This document shows, piece by piece, positions 24,668-38,381 of a DNA stretch of 64,000 nucleotides; the first letter of the stretch is position 1, and each line of letters opens with the position of its first letter. Source of the stretch: Camelus dromedarius (Eukaryota); NCBI RefSeq assembly GCF_036321535.1, contig NC_087436.1, positions 113,338,001 to 113,402,000 of the forward strand, in the 5' to 3' direction. A program made the position numbers and the translations under genes. The notes under the pieces were generated by a model, which had not been told where the DNA came from, searched no databases, and saw nothing but the letters and a program-made list of their open reading frames with translations.

Positions 24668-24813
24668 CTATTTTATTTTATTGTTTTTGTTTTCATTGGG
24701 GGGGTAGGTAATTAGGTTTACTTATTTATTTTTAGAGGAGGTACTGGGGATTGAACCCAGGACCTCGTGCATACTAAGCATGTGCTCCATCACTTGAGCT
24801 ATACCTTCCCACC
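24668..24813 (-). mobile_element. Vic-1-type camelid SINE with TSD
   Basis: tRNA-Ala-like head with A and B boxes, tail aaacctaattacctaccccccc. TSD tggtcagaactt at 24656-24667 and 24814-24825. Confidence 0.9.
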
Positions 24814-26479
24814 TGGTCAGAACTTTTAGATCAAGTCTCAGGGTGGATGAGCAGCAGAACATTTTTTTTTTCCAACAGTCTAGAGACAATGTTTGGACTT
24901 TGGAACCAAGTTCTTGCTTAGATTCCTGTACCTTTGGGAAATATGCCCTTCCTCCCTTCCTTGTGACAACCAATTGTCAATCTTTAATCAAACATCATGT
25001 ATCCAGCAGGTAGAATAGATTTTATTATAAAAAGAAGGCATCAAAATTTACACTGCAAGTTTACTATTATGTGATTAATTGTAACTGACCTAAAAATATA
25101 CGTTTCCTTGACAAGATTTCTATGCAAACAAACCTAGAGCAGTGTATTCTAGTTCCAATATGAAGATGTCATCAAGCAGACCAACCACGTCTGTTCCACT
25201 AACAATGGGAAGTGTGAGGTCATGTTTTACACCCAGCTCAAAAAACACAGCTTATTGCCAACAATGGCTTTTAGTGCCACAAAGATCTTATGTGACACAA
25301 AAACTACTTCATTTTAATAAAATTACAATACTTGGTTGCATAAATAAGTCATCAAACCAACCTACACAAACTTCCAAAGGTATGCTTATGCAAGAATAAA
25401 AAACACATCTCAGACCTTTTTAATAGCTAGAAACAATTTAAATAGACTTGAAGAAATAAAAAAATAAAAAAGTTTTCTTAATGTGAAGGCTTTAATTTTG
25501 ATACAAGCTAAGGTTTTCAGTGTTATAACTTTTATAATGATTGAGGAGATATAAGACCAATTTACTAAAATAGTATTTTAAATTCAATATTTTAAATGTT
25601 GTTTTATGATGCTAATTTTTGATATTAATATTTTAATATTGCTTAATTATTTTTGTGATTATCAGGGAAGAAATGTTTTTATCACAAAAATTTAGCAATA
25701 TGGCAGGTAAATTATGATCTAGCTAAGGCAAGACATTAAATATTAAAATGCTCTTACCAAAAATACCATCTAATAGTTCTTTGGATCTTATTAGAGCAAG
25801 CTGATACTCACACAGGGTGAAACTTACTCACTGCAAAGGACAGATATATGGAAGTGTGGCTCAGTATCCAATGGCTGAAGTCACTGCCTTAATTACAAGG
25901 TAGCTTCATCAACTAGATGCTTCTACACCAGTGTTTTCCAAAGCATGAGAAATGATAACTTATAGCAAAGACAAAAATGCTTGAAAGCACAAGGTTTAGG
26001 AACACATGTCTTTGGCAATAGCTACAATTAACTATAATTATACTAAAAAAACTATAATTTGTCAGTGCTAATTTTTGTGGGTTTTTTTTCTTATTTTCAG
26101 TTTGAGAAAATAAATTAACCACTACCACAAAACCCCAATAACAACAACGGCAGCAATAGCAACAAAGACAGCAAGTGTTCTGTTTCATTAAATTTGTGCC
26201 AACCCATCCTTCTAGGTTTAGAGCAGCCCTTTATGTAAATAAGAAGCCCAGGCAGAAAATGTATATCTGTCTCAACAGAAACTAATTTTAATTCCTTTCT
26301 AAAATTATATTTCAATACCTGCCTGGAACTCTGTTGGAAAACTTTTTATCTATCTAAATTACCCAGTATCTTTTAGATTTAGTTCAAAACTTCTCAGTGA
26401 AACTTTCCTCCACCTACTTCAGGTCAAAGGATATACTATCCTGTCGTGTTTATAGTTATTTATAGCTGTTTATCTTCTT

Positions 26480-27100
26480 TATGAGGCAACTATAAATCCA
26501 TGAATTACTGAGAATATAAAGATGAGTAAAGACACAGTTTGAAAGACTATTAGAAGAATCTGATATTGATAAAATAATCACATATTTGTAAAATTGTAAA
26601 AATGTAATATTGCAACTGTGAAGAGTGCTATGAAAAGGGACAGTGCTAGGAGGACCTACAATAAGAGGATATGACCTCATTAGGTGGGTCCTGAAAGTAC
26701 CCTACCAGCAACTGATATTTAAGCTGATATAAGTAGGGGACACACAGATGAAGAGACAGGGAAGAGCCTTCATGCCAAGAGAACACCAAACATAAATGCC
26801 CTGAGGCAGGAGAAGCAAGGCCAGTTTGCAGAATCAGAAAGGAACAAGAAGCAATAGTGGGAGATGAAACAGAATGGGAAAGGTGAGGAGGGCGAATGCA
26901 TTTTTGGCTTTATCCTAACAATAAGAGGAACTACTGATGGGTTTTAAGCAGCAAGCAAGGGTTAGCACCATCAGATGAGTTTTCATAGAGATTACTCTAG
27001 CTATACTGTGGGAGGAAAAGGAGACAGTCAGAGATGTGGAGAGACGAGTCGTATGCCTGAAATAGTCCAGACAAGGAATGGTGGTAATTTAGGCAGGAAT
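26480..27100. mobile_element. L2 fragment
   Basis: aaatgccctgaggcagg, ttttggctttatcctaa, gggttttaagcag, agattactctagcta, aatagtccagacaag. Confidence 0.65.
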
Positions 27101-28489
27101 ATTAGAAACCAACAGGCATTTTTATCGAACACTCAGTAAAAAAAAACTTTATAAAAGAACAAGATCATAACATTGTGAACAACAGATTAAAACTAAGCTA
27201 ACAAATGAACATCTGCATCAATATGGAGCTAATTTTCTCTCTAAAGCAAGGACTGAGGACCTCCAAGTCTAGTAAACTCCAAAATCATATGAAAATTTAG
27301 AGTATCTGGAGAGAGATCCATAGCGTTAACTAAATTCTCATAGAGCCCTGGGATCCAGAATCTGTTCTCTGCTTAAAAAATGTTCTTGATTCTGTAAGTA
27401 TAAGATGTAAAGGTATAAAAAAAAATCACTGCATTATTCCATTTCTCTAAAAAATGACATGAACCAGTAATGGAAGTTCTATAATTCTCACTGACCAAAA
27501 ACCCTTAGCTAGTTTTTGTATGCCAGTAATTCTAACATGTTTCCTTTCCCAGAGACAAAATTAGATTATTCAATAGATCTATGGAGTCTTTTTTTTCCAG
27601 GCTTGAAAATCCACTTAGCCATGAGAATAACAGCGTTTTTTGTTTCTACAATTGTATTTCAATGATACTCAAAGTAAAGTCTTAGTCTTTCAACCTCCCC
27701 CTTTCTTTTTTGTTCACTTCAGAGAATCTGCAATTGGCAACCTGACTGACTGGATTCACGTTCCAGTCTCTCCCCTTGCCTCCCCTGCTCGCAGTGGGCA
27801 GGGGACTCCTCCTCTCCCACCAACGGCGGCCTTGCTTTGCTCAAAGGAATGTTAGCTCAGTTTGCCACTCCTGTCCTCTGGGGCCCGGTCACAGCAGTAC
27901 CCTAGTTCTACGTAACTGACACAACCAGATGTTCTCTTCACATCGTGTCTCTTCGTGTAATTGGGTTTTCCCACCGTTCACTTTCTCCTCTATCTAAAAT
28001 CGCCAGCAGAGTGTATGCTGCTCTGTCCTTGTCTGCTGTTGTCTGGAACACTTATGTACACATCGCAATATTTAAATTATTCATAGGTTTATATTTTAAT
28101 CTCACATCACACATCTCTTAATTTCACCGAGCAGAGACATTTTTTTGCATGTCTGTACCCAAGTTACTTAGAATGGTACTTCAGACAGAGAAAATACTCA
28201 AACATTTGTTGATAAGAGTTTCTGAAATCATTATCAAATCACTTTAGAGAAAGCATAGCAAGTCGCTCATGATTCCTGACTGGCTTCAAGTGACACTGGA
28301 ATCATTCTCAGACCCTCCCGCCACCCTTGGTACATGCTACTAACCTCTACAATTTACTTTATTAGTTTTTATATGAAGATGTACTCACATTTAGTTCTAA
28401 AAGAAAAGAAAACACAAAGTAATTGACACTGTTTTTTTTGCTCTCATATAACTTATTCCCTAGCAAATATTAACAATAAGTTCTCTTAC

Positions 28490-28579
28490 CTTTTGGTGGA
28501 AAATAGGACTTGCTTTCTGCTTTATGAGGCCAGTCGACTACCAAAGGCCCGAATCTTCTGAAGCTAGCAGTTATTTCAT
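28490..28579 (-). CDS. CPEB2: CPEB2 coding exon (90 nt): (D)EITASFRRFGPLVVDWPHKAESKSYFPPK(G), RRM1
   Basis: Acceptor ttttttactttcttaag|AT, donor AAG|gtaaga. Absent from the ORF track, translated by hand. Confidence 0.96.
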
Positions 28580-28662
28580 CTTAAGAAAGTAAAAAATCTG
28601 CATCAGAATGAGTTTTAATGATTCATACTAAAAACCCTACATTTTATGTTACTATAAAGATT

Positions 28663-28749
28663 TTTTATTTATTATTATTATTATTTTTGTATACATATTT
28701 TTTATTGAAGTATAATCTGTTTACCATGTTGTGTCAGTTTCTGGTGTAC
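28663..28749 (-). mobile_element. Ultra-short L1 3' tip with an A-rich tail
   Basis: ttattgaagtataatctgtttaccatgttgtgtcagtttctggtgtac matches the L1 tips at about 1800 and 3400. Flanked by taaagatt direct repeats (28655-28662, 28750-28757). Confidence 0.7.
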
Positions 28750-29422
28750 TAAAGATTAAGTATTTAAAAGTACCAAATATCCTAAGAAAAACTAGAATAT
28801 AAATGCTGGAAACATGTCTAATAATCCTATGAAAATGATACATAAAACTTAATAGCTATTTTAGTCAAAATAGCTTTTAAGTTGCACATTGGTTATAATA
28901 ATCAATTCACATGACTTCTAAAATTTTATATAATATTGCATGGATATTAATGGATTTATAGTCTACCAAATCATAAATACCACTGGCTTGAAAAACATGT
29001 CAGCATTATATCAAGTTAAATAAAGATACCCATTACTGCCTGACAAAGTACAATCTTCTAAGCAAAAAGCTCTGCTGCAACAGGACATGTAAAGCTGCAA
29101 CGCTCCTAAAATGTACTAGGGTCTGGTTCATGCCAGGTAGTTTCACTGGGTCAAATTCAATGACATGTTCTAAGTTATTTCATCACATGGAAACCTTATT
29201 ATACTGATTAATACATAGAGTAAGTTCATGGTTATCTGAATCATAACTGGAAAATTTCCCAAAATGTAGCAATATATTCTTTATTAGTACTCTGTAAATA
29301 AGAGTGGCAGACTTCCTACAAACTCACAAATATTATAAAGTTTCAGTATTTTCAATCTTTATCTTGAATTATTTTCTTTTGTTATTATTACACATGATAA
29401 TTTTCACTTTTTTTTCTTAATC

Positions 29423-29514
29423 TTTTTTTTTTTTTTTTAATGGAGGTACTGGGGATTGAACCCAGGACCTCCTGCATGCTAAACATGCACTCTACCCTGA
29501 GCTATACCCTCCCC
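29423..29514 (-). mobile_element. Vic-1-type camelid SINE (short form, plain poly(A) tail)
   Basis: Reverse complement ggggagggtatagctcagggtagagtgcatgtttagcatgcaggaggtcctgggttcaatccccagtacctcc plus An. Confidence 0.9.
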
Positions 29515-30066
29515 AACCTCATTTACACATGTTTATTAGTCTTTCTATAACCTGAATTTCCTGTTCATGTTCTGTTTCCATTACTCCCTTTAATAGGTTT
29601 AATAGCCTCTTTCTTACCCATTTCTAAGAGCACGTTTATCCTTAAATAAATTGAATTTTTGATTGTCATGAATTGTAGGTAAAGTTTCATGGTTGATTAC
29701 CTTTAATTCATTGTGTGTGTGTGTACATGCATGGGTGTTATGATCATACAAAAAGTTTTATATAAATGTACAAAAGGTTTAATGTATTCAAATATGTTCT
29801 ATATTTAAAAATATGAGTGAGTTGGGAACTAGTGTATGAAAACATTATTTGCAAAAATTGCTCACAGTAACAATATGTATTATAAGACAAAGTAAAGAGA
29901 CAAACTTTAAAAAAGTTATTTGTTCAATTATCTCTACCTTTCATCAGCTGACACAGAGATAAGATACCCATTTTAACTGAAAATCTACAGAGGTAAAAAT
30001 TCCATTTCCTATTCACATTGTATTTCAGTTTTTTGTTATTATATGCCACCAAATATTTATGAGACA

Positions 30067-30146
30067 TTTTTTAACAGCTTTATTGCGGTATGGTTCCTGT
30101 ACAGTAAACTACATATATTCCAGATGTACAATTTGATGAATTTTGA
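30067..30146 (-). mobile_element. Old L1 3' tip next to a CPEB2 donor site
   Basis: ttttaacagctttattg...catatattccagatgtacaatttgatgaattttga resembles an L1MB/MC-type end. Confidence 0.6.
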
Positions 30147-30180
30147 GGTTTTTTTTTTAAAGCCCAAATCATCATTTTAC

Positions 30181-30351
30181 CTTCATCAATATCTGGAGGA
30201 AGACCACCAACAAAAACTTTTCGAGAGAAACGTTCTATTCGCTCTCCATTTTGATGAGCTGAGTAACATGTGGGTGAATTTAAAACACCAACTTGATCAT
30301 TATGACCATCATCCAGCAAGCCATCATCTATGGGAAAGAGGGAAGACCGAC
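30181..30351 (-). CDS. CPEB2: CPEB2 coding exon (171 nt): (G)RSSLFPIDDGLLDDGHNDQVGVLNSPTCYSAHQNGERIERFSRKVFVGGLPPDIDE(D), start of RRM1
   Basis: Acceptor ttcttatattttag|GT, donor AAG|gtaaaa. RNP2 motif KVFVGGL. Confidence 0.97.
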
Positions 30352-30833
30352 CTAAAATATAAGAACAAATATGACTTGAGTGTCAGGTCTAAGAAAATGG
30401 TAAAGTCAGGCATAAACATAGCAACAACAAATTCAAAGGCTTAAAAATAAAGGTGACATAGGCATAAAAAATTAAGGAAAATTCAGATAGTTTAAAGTTT
30501 TAATTACCTGGATTCAAGAAGAGAAGCTGTTTGAAGAATGACTTAGAAATAAACATAGTCATATGACAATTATATCACAAACAAATACTAGATCACTTCA
30601 ATTTTTTAAGGAAAGCAGCAAGAATCTGATGTATGGGGATGGTTAGACTGGATGTGTAACAGGAGAATCCTTTTAGAAATTGGTGGCAGAAAGAAATGAC
30701 ACGAACTAAACAGACAAGAAGACAATAAAAACCCACTTGCAGACTATAGTAAGGACAAAGGCAACAAGTAATACTTGCACATAAGATCTTGAATTAATTT
30801 ATTACATGTGTGCCAAGTATACGAAAAGGTAGC

Positions 30834-30963
30834 CAGGGTTTCTGCACATGTGCAAAACAGAAAAAAGCATCTTCTCTAGGACTTCAGTCCCCATCTGAGC
30901 CCACCCTTTAGGGGTGGTACCCCCGTACAGGCACGTCCTGTATAATACTCTGCAGCAATCCTG
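30834..30963. mobile_element. Small hAT-type MITE-like element (possibly MER91/Tip100 group)
   Basis: Imperfect 15-bp terminal inverted repeats cagggtttctgcaca and tctgcagcaatcctg (12/15 match), GC-richer than the flanks. Confidence 0.45.
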
Positions 30964-33719
30964 ATGCTAGATTCTGTGGGGGTCAAAAAAATAAAATAAA
31001 ATAAAACGACCTAGTAAAATGCAGTCCTCTGCTCTCAAGAAATACTCATTTAGAAAAGATAAGATCTATACATTTAACTATGGCACATATCCATACGAAA
31101 ACTTTATAATGTACTTCAGAGGGAGTATGTTGGAGGAAGTGAGTAATCTAGCTAATAAATGGGTAACTTCTTAAATTCCCAAGTGGAACTGGATAGCATT
31201 TGTGGTAAAATGGGAAAGGCAGTGGTACTTATCACTGAGAGTGTTAGAAAGGGTAGGAAATTCCTAAGTAGAAATAAATTTGTAAGAGCATGGTTTTGAA
31301 TACATTTTTCAAGTGCAAGGAGAAACGTCAGAGAAAGTAGGAAGATGAATAGGGAGTAGCCAAGGTTGGCTGAAACATGTTGGAAGTAAGGAGAATAAAA
31401 GCTAGAAAAGCACTCTGAGGCTAGCCAGAATACTTAGCTTCAGATGCAAGACTAAAGGAGACATTTTATTTAGTAGGTGATGGAAAAAAAATGGACACGA
31501 GTTCAAGCAAGATTATAATTTTTCTTGTGTTTTGGGAAGATTTATTTTAGCAATACGGTTAAGGTAGCTGGAAATGAACAGATTAGAAGTCTTTCAAAAA
31601 ATTCAGGAAGGATGGACAACAGAGATAATTGCAGTAATAAAAAGTAGATGGTAAACAAAACAGAAAAAAGAATGGAAAGGAGGAACCAAAAGAAGATTTT
31701 AGATCATGAATGACAAGAATCATTAACTAAATTAATATAAGGATAATAAAGACCAGAAACTGCTACAAGAAAGGGAAATATGTTTTAGATGTGAAGTTTC
31801 ACATGCTGATGGGATATTCAGAAGTAAATGGTAGGAAGTTGCAAATGGAGTGCATTAAGGAAAAAGCCACATTTCTGAGAAAATAATTTGGTGTCAATTT
31901 CACAGAGGTGGTAGTTTAAGGTTCTTTGTAATATCACTTACAAAAACTCCAGATATAAATAATAAGGACAGTCCCTTGGGAAACTTACAAGGAAGAAATG
32001 GAACAGTCACAGAAATTCTGAAAGTAATGGTAAGAAAAGTTTAAGTGGGATGCCAAAATATTACTGTGATATAACACCAAAGGAAAATAATGTAAAGAAA
32101 GGAAAAAAAAAAGCAACAAAGTAATAACGTAAAGTGTGTGAAATGTTAAGAAACTGATTAAAGAAAAATGAAAATTTGTTTGAGGACATACACGATCTTT
32201 GAAGGTGGCACTATTAGTAAAGTTGCATGTAGAGTTTCGTGACGTACAGACATCAAAGAAGTTTAGAGACAGAAAAAGAGAAAATAAGAATTTAGACAAG
32301 TTCTTTTTCTCAAGATGGAGTGAAGAATTCTTTTTAATGAGGAGACAATGCATGTAATTTATAGCATATGTCTTATTATATACAAGTAATGAATGTTCAA
32401 CATAAAGTGTCATTAATGTGTTACCATCTTGAAAAGTATGGTATATAATGGTGCAAGTGATAAAAACAAAGACAATCTGAAATGTGACGGCCTGCATAGA
32501 ATTGGGGTTGGGGTGGGAAGCACGGGACTACATGTCTGTGAACTACAGCTAGCTAGATGTTAGAAATAAGAATTTTAAGTTTATAAGACCAAAAACAGGG
32601 AGAAAGATCATATCTGGTATAGGAAACAGAAATTATTCTGCAGATTCAAACTGAAGTTGTTCTGAAAGATACCCATCCATGTTCACTGACTAACTCTGAA
32701 TATTTACCTTTCCCAATACCTTTGCTATCAGGAATAAGGTCTAGTGAAAAACAAGTGTCAATATTCTTTGTAATTAATAGAAACAAAGCTCTTCAAAATG
32801 AAACTATTTTACTTAACAAAATGAACGTCATCAAGATCCATCAAAAGTAGTATTAATTATGAATAACTGGTTCAACTTTCAAAGGTTGGACTTTAGGTAA
32901 ATAATTCTATATTTAAAGAGGAATTAGATGAGGTAGAGAAACAATATGTATATTAACTAGTCTTTGATTAAAAAATGACAAATCCAAATTTTATACTTAT
33001 TTCAGACATGCCAGTACTTAAATAGAAATACTGAATGCAGTGACAAAGAAAACCACTATATAAGCAATGTTAGAAAGAGTAATGACCCAAAAGTGACTTA
33101 GAAACTTTTTTGTTAATTATAATACTGAGAGTATATTCATACTATAACTATATTTTAATAATTATTCTATATTACTAAATGTAATAATATTCTAACTATA
33201 ATGAATACTACCGTTAGGAAAGTAACCATCAAAAATCTATAATCTATGTGTCTAAAATCTGTTAAATAAAGTTTACCTGAACAAAGGATGCTATTGAAAG
33301 TCTAGGAATATGTTACACACCGCCGTACCAGCAATTTTCATTGCTAGAAAATCATGACCACTTTTTTTCTAAAAGTCATAAAAGCTATAAAGTTAAATAC
33401 TCATTTAAAAGAGGAGTTAACTAAATGAAATCATCAACAAAAATATTATTTTTCACCTTTCAAATATCCTTCCTTATAACCCAAATTAATGTGACTATAA
33501 AAGAACCACTAAATAATTATGTCTTTCATGTACTTTAAGCATACTTCGTAAGAATGATGGATGAAAATGAAGGTCAATAAAGGTAAAATTATGTGTTGAG
33601 AAAAATAGAATTTGATCATGAAGTGATTTGAACTAAAATATTTACAACCAAAATTAAACTACCTTTCTCCTTTTTTGCTCTGAAACTAGGATATATTTTC
33701 AGGTTTTTACGTCTCAAAA

Positions 33720-36130
33720 GAATGAAAGGGAACGATAATGAAATCACAATATAAAATCTGTGGTATGTAGCAAAAGCTATACACTTAGAGGAAATTTCTC
33801 ATACTTAGAGGAAAATTTATAGTTTCAAGTGCATATTAGGAAACAAGAAATGCTTAAAATAAATAATCCTAGTCTTCAGCACAAAAAGATAAATAATAAT
33901 AAATTAAATACAGAGTAGGATCAAGGAAATAAACTAAAATCAATGACACAGGAAACAAACTAACATGGAAAAAAATCAATAAAGGCAAAAGTTGGCTCTT
34001 TGAAAACTTAAAAAATCAATTATATCTCAGAGCAAAGTTCATCAAGTTCACGAATAAAAAAGAAAAGTAAAATTACCAATCTTAAGTATGAAAAGGGAAC
34101 TATCAATCAACACAGAACGTATGGATACTTAAAGGCTAAATTTCCTAATTTGTTGGGCAAACTTGATACTAAAACCTGACAAGAACATTCAGAAAGCAAT
34201 ACACTACCAATACACCCTCATGAAACAGAGACAAAAATTCTAAAGAAAATACTGATAGATTGAATCCAGAAATAATAAAAATGGGAAATACATCATGATT
34301 AAGTGGGATTCATCCCAGGAATGTTAAGACTGATTGACATTTGAAAATTACTATAATTCACCACATTAACAGAAGGAATAGAAATACCATACAAACAATT
34401 CCACAGACGTAAGAAATACATTTGACAAAATTCAACATGATTAAAAAAAAAAAAAACTCTCAGCAAACTAGGAATAGATGGGAATTTCCTCAGTCTGATA
34501 AAGAGTAAAAAACCAGTGTTTACAATTTTAATGATAAACTATCCAATGTTTTCCTTTTGAAGTTTGGAAGGATGTTCACCTCTCACTGTTTTTATTCAAC
34601 ATTATACTGAAGGTAGAACAAGTACACAATAGGACGAGAAAAAGTTTCAAATATTTGAAAGGAAGAAAGTAAAACTGTCTTTATTGCTAAGAACATGATT
34701 GTATATGGAAAATTCAGAATCAAACTAACGGAAATAAGTACATTTAGCTAGGGAACAAATGCAGAGTCAACTTACAAAAATCAGTTTATTTCTAAACAAC
34801 ACTAATAAACAATTGGGAAAAAATAAAAATATCACCATTCCCATGTCATCAAAACTCGAAACACTTAGTAATAAAACTGAACAGAAGATAGGTAAAGACC
34901 TCCTGACAAAATTTCCTGGGAAATTTGACAAATGACAAAAATTTCCTGAGAACTTTTAAAAAATCAAAATAAATGGATAGAAAGAAGAAATCAACGAGTG
35001 AGATGTAAATTCTCTCCAGATTATTTTATCTATAGATTTAATACAATCTCATTAAAACCCCCAGCACATTCTGTCTTACAGAAATTCACAAGCAAGTTCT
35101 AAAGCTTATGGTAAATCAAAGGATTCAAAATATTTTTTTAAAAAATCGCATAAAAAACCATGTTGGAGGATATAAATGGAACAAAATGGAGTCCAGAAAT
35201 AGAATCACACATATATATCACTTGCTGTTTTTCAAAAATACCAATGCAATTCAATATGGAAAGGAAGATTTTTTTTTTTCTTTTCACCTTTTAGATGGTG
35301 GTGGAGCAATGGATATCCAATTGGGGGAAGGGAAAGAGCTTTGATCCCTATTATTACACAGTACACAAGAACAAATTCAAGAAGGATGATAGACTTAAAT
35401 GTGAAAGCTAAAACAACACAGCTCCTAAGGATTTCTCCATGATATTTGGGGATAGGCAATTTCTTAGGACCAAAATGCACTGATGATGAAAGAAAACTGG
35501 ACCTCCATTAGGATTAAGTATTTTTCTGCTTATCAAGAGATACTGTTAATAAAATGAAAAGACAAGCAACTAATAGAAAATAGGACAAAATACATAAAGA
35601 ACTGTCATAAATGAATACAAATAACTGAATTAAACAAATGGACAAAAGACTGCACTGCCACTTTATAAAGACTGTAATAGAATGGGTGATAAGCATGTGA
35701 AAAGGTGCTTTAACATCATCCTTAGCCATCAGGAAGATACAGATTAGAACCGTAACAAGACATCATCTACACATCAGTAAGATTAAAAAGCTAACAACCC
35801 AAAGTCAGTCCTACACTCTGTTGGCGTATAAAATTGGGAAACTGCTTGGTAGTTTCTAAAAAGTTAAACATATACTTACTCTATGAACCAAATATTCCAC
35901 TCTTAGTTATATGTACAAAAAAAAAATCAGTGCTTATGTACACACACACACACACATACACACACCCTCTCAGAAAAGAAAAAGAGAACAAAAATGTTCA
36001 TGGCAGTTTTATCCACAATAGGCCCCAGATAGAAAACAACTTAAATGTCCATTGATAGGGAAATGGATAAACAAATTGTGATATAATTTCATACAATGAG
36101 TCTGGTTATCAATAAAAAGAATAACTACAG
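33720..36130 (+). mobile_element. Old, heavily decayed L1 ORF2 and 3' region
   Basis: L1 motifs: aaaagttggctctttgaaa, gtgggattcatcccaggaatg, ctctcagcaaactaggaatag, gacttaaatgtgaaagctaaaac, ggaaatggataaacaaattgtg. Confidence 0.85.
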
Positions 36131-38381
36131 ATATTAATTTCTCTTTTCTATGATTTCTATACAAAAAACAGTCATCTTACAATTTCTCTTAATCTGAGAC
36201 TGAAATTTATAAATATGTAGAGGGAATTACTTATGAAATTTAAAAAATGTTTTCTTCTTTTAAAAGAAGAGCTGATAAGGTTGTTCCTGAGGCTCTTACC
36301 ACAAGTATTAGGGTGTTTTCATCCCTCCAGAAAAGTAATTTCTTTAAATAAAACAAAATTTGAATAACATATATACATGGGAGAGACCCAGAACAACTGA
36401 GTGACTTGCCAAAACGGCTGAAGCCCCACCTTCCAGAAAATAATCTTAAACCTGAGATTTCCATGCTGTTAAAATCAGCAACAGACAAAACCTAAGGATA
36501 CTGATTAGCAAGCTCCATGGTCAAAACAATTTTAAAATGTAATTGGAGTTGCACCGTTTGAATTGATAAGTTTTTTATTTTAGAAATTATCACTTGATCT
36601 TGACACCAAACACTTCATTTATATTCTCTATATATTATTGTGAAATAAACTAAAAATGTATGCACATGGACTCTTGTCTATATAACAAGTATATATACAT
36701 ATATATACACACACACACATGCATATAAATATATATACATACAAATGAAAGGCAAATTAAAGTTTTATAATAGGATAAGGTACAAATAGAAAATATGAGA
36801 ATTAATAACAATGTAATATGAGATCAGTCAACAAAGATTAGAGTGGGATTCTAATTTAGGGTTCTTTAAGAGATTTAAAACAAACTGAATAATTTTAGAC
36901 AGAAAAGGGTAGAGGAGGAAAGAGGGAAAAAGTGTCGTAGGTAGAAGGTATTTGTTTGAGCAAAAGCACAGAAACATTTCAAAGGCCATATTAAGGTAAA
37001 ATGTAGAAGAAATGAGGTGTTAACTATGCTCACAAGCCCTACTCACAAACACAAATTCAAGTAAATTGGCTTACATTAAGTTAGCCATCAAAAATGTACA
37101 ATAAAATTTTTAAAGATAAAATGGTAGTTACAATAAAGATTATAGACAGAGGAATAAAAAGAGGTGAAAGAGCAAAAAAGGAACATGCAATACTGTCCAG
37201 TCATTGCTAATCAGTCTGAGATGGCAGCCATGCAGCCAGGGCTCTAACAGGTCACCAAGATCCTTCCAAGATGAAGGCAAAATGACAGAATGTGTGTTCC
37301 TGTAACAGGACTAAAAATATACCTTCTCCCAAAACAGAAAATTGGCAAAGATCTTGTAGTGAGAAAAACAGCAACCACTGTAAATATGAGCCTCATTTGT
37401 GATGGTTAATCATGATTTAAATAACTCACTTCAAAATACAATAAAATGATTAGAGAAGGTTTGGAACTTTTCTATATCTCTATAAAAACTGCTGCTCTAT
37501 ACAATCAATAACAAAAACTATATTGTGAGCATTCTAAACTGAAGACGGAGCTAGAGACGAACTTATGAATATGCTTGTATGACAGACTGGTGGTTACAGC
37601 CCCCACATCTGGTCTCCTTGTATGTGCAGGACACACAGATGCAGCCGGAGAAGTAATGGGCAATCACTACTCTGACTCTGGTGGCTATGCTAATATGCCC
37701 AAACATTAATAATCATACTTGGCTTTTCAGATTTTAGCCTTATTCTGGAAGTCCAAAATAAAGACATTTCCCAACATATCAGAGGGAGGAGGCAGGAGAG
37801 GAAAATAAAACATTTCTGCAAAATTAGTCAATTTGTAGCTTAAAGGTAAGCACGATTCTTTGATCTCAATGTACAACCTGCACTTTCATTTGCTGATTGT
37901 TTTAAAAATAAAAGCATATACAAAACTATTATTAATTAAAGATAAATATGAATATTCTTCCCATCTTCCAGGATCCCAGCAGCCACTCTATAGGGTTAAA
38001 TAACTCACCAGTGTGATGGCATGATTTTTATTTCATATGCAAGGATTAAAAAAAACTATCAAAACAACAGAAGTAGGTCCAATATTGACCTCTTTCAAGT
38101 ACCACCTGTTTAATCACATAGAATAACTATCGGTGTGTTTTTCCAAGGAACTGAGACAGGAGCAATAAAGTATATTTATTACTTAAAACATTTTGCTCCA
38201 ATAATAGGCTTCTCCTTTTCTCATGAAGAATCAATAGAATATATAAAAAATCAACTAAAACCTAGTAGTCTATATGTCTTTGTAAATTAATTTCTAGATG
38301 TTCACTCAAATTTTATTTCTTTTAAAAGTTGGTACAGCTAGGTATAGGTATGGAGTAGGTGGAGTTAGTCTCTTCAAGGAG

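Noticed and set aside
30043..30444. 133-aa plus-strand ORF antisense to the 171-nt exon (and similar ORFs at 16323-16674)
   Set aside because: Shadow of the CPEB2 coding exon plus L1 sequence, with no independent gene signals.
31985..32497. Longest ORF in the window (170 aa, minus strand)
   Set aside because: Phe/Leu/Ser-rich translation of T-rich, probably repeat-derived intron sequence, with no domain similarity.
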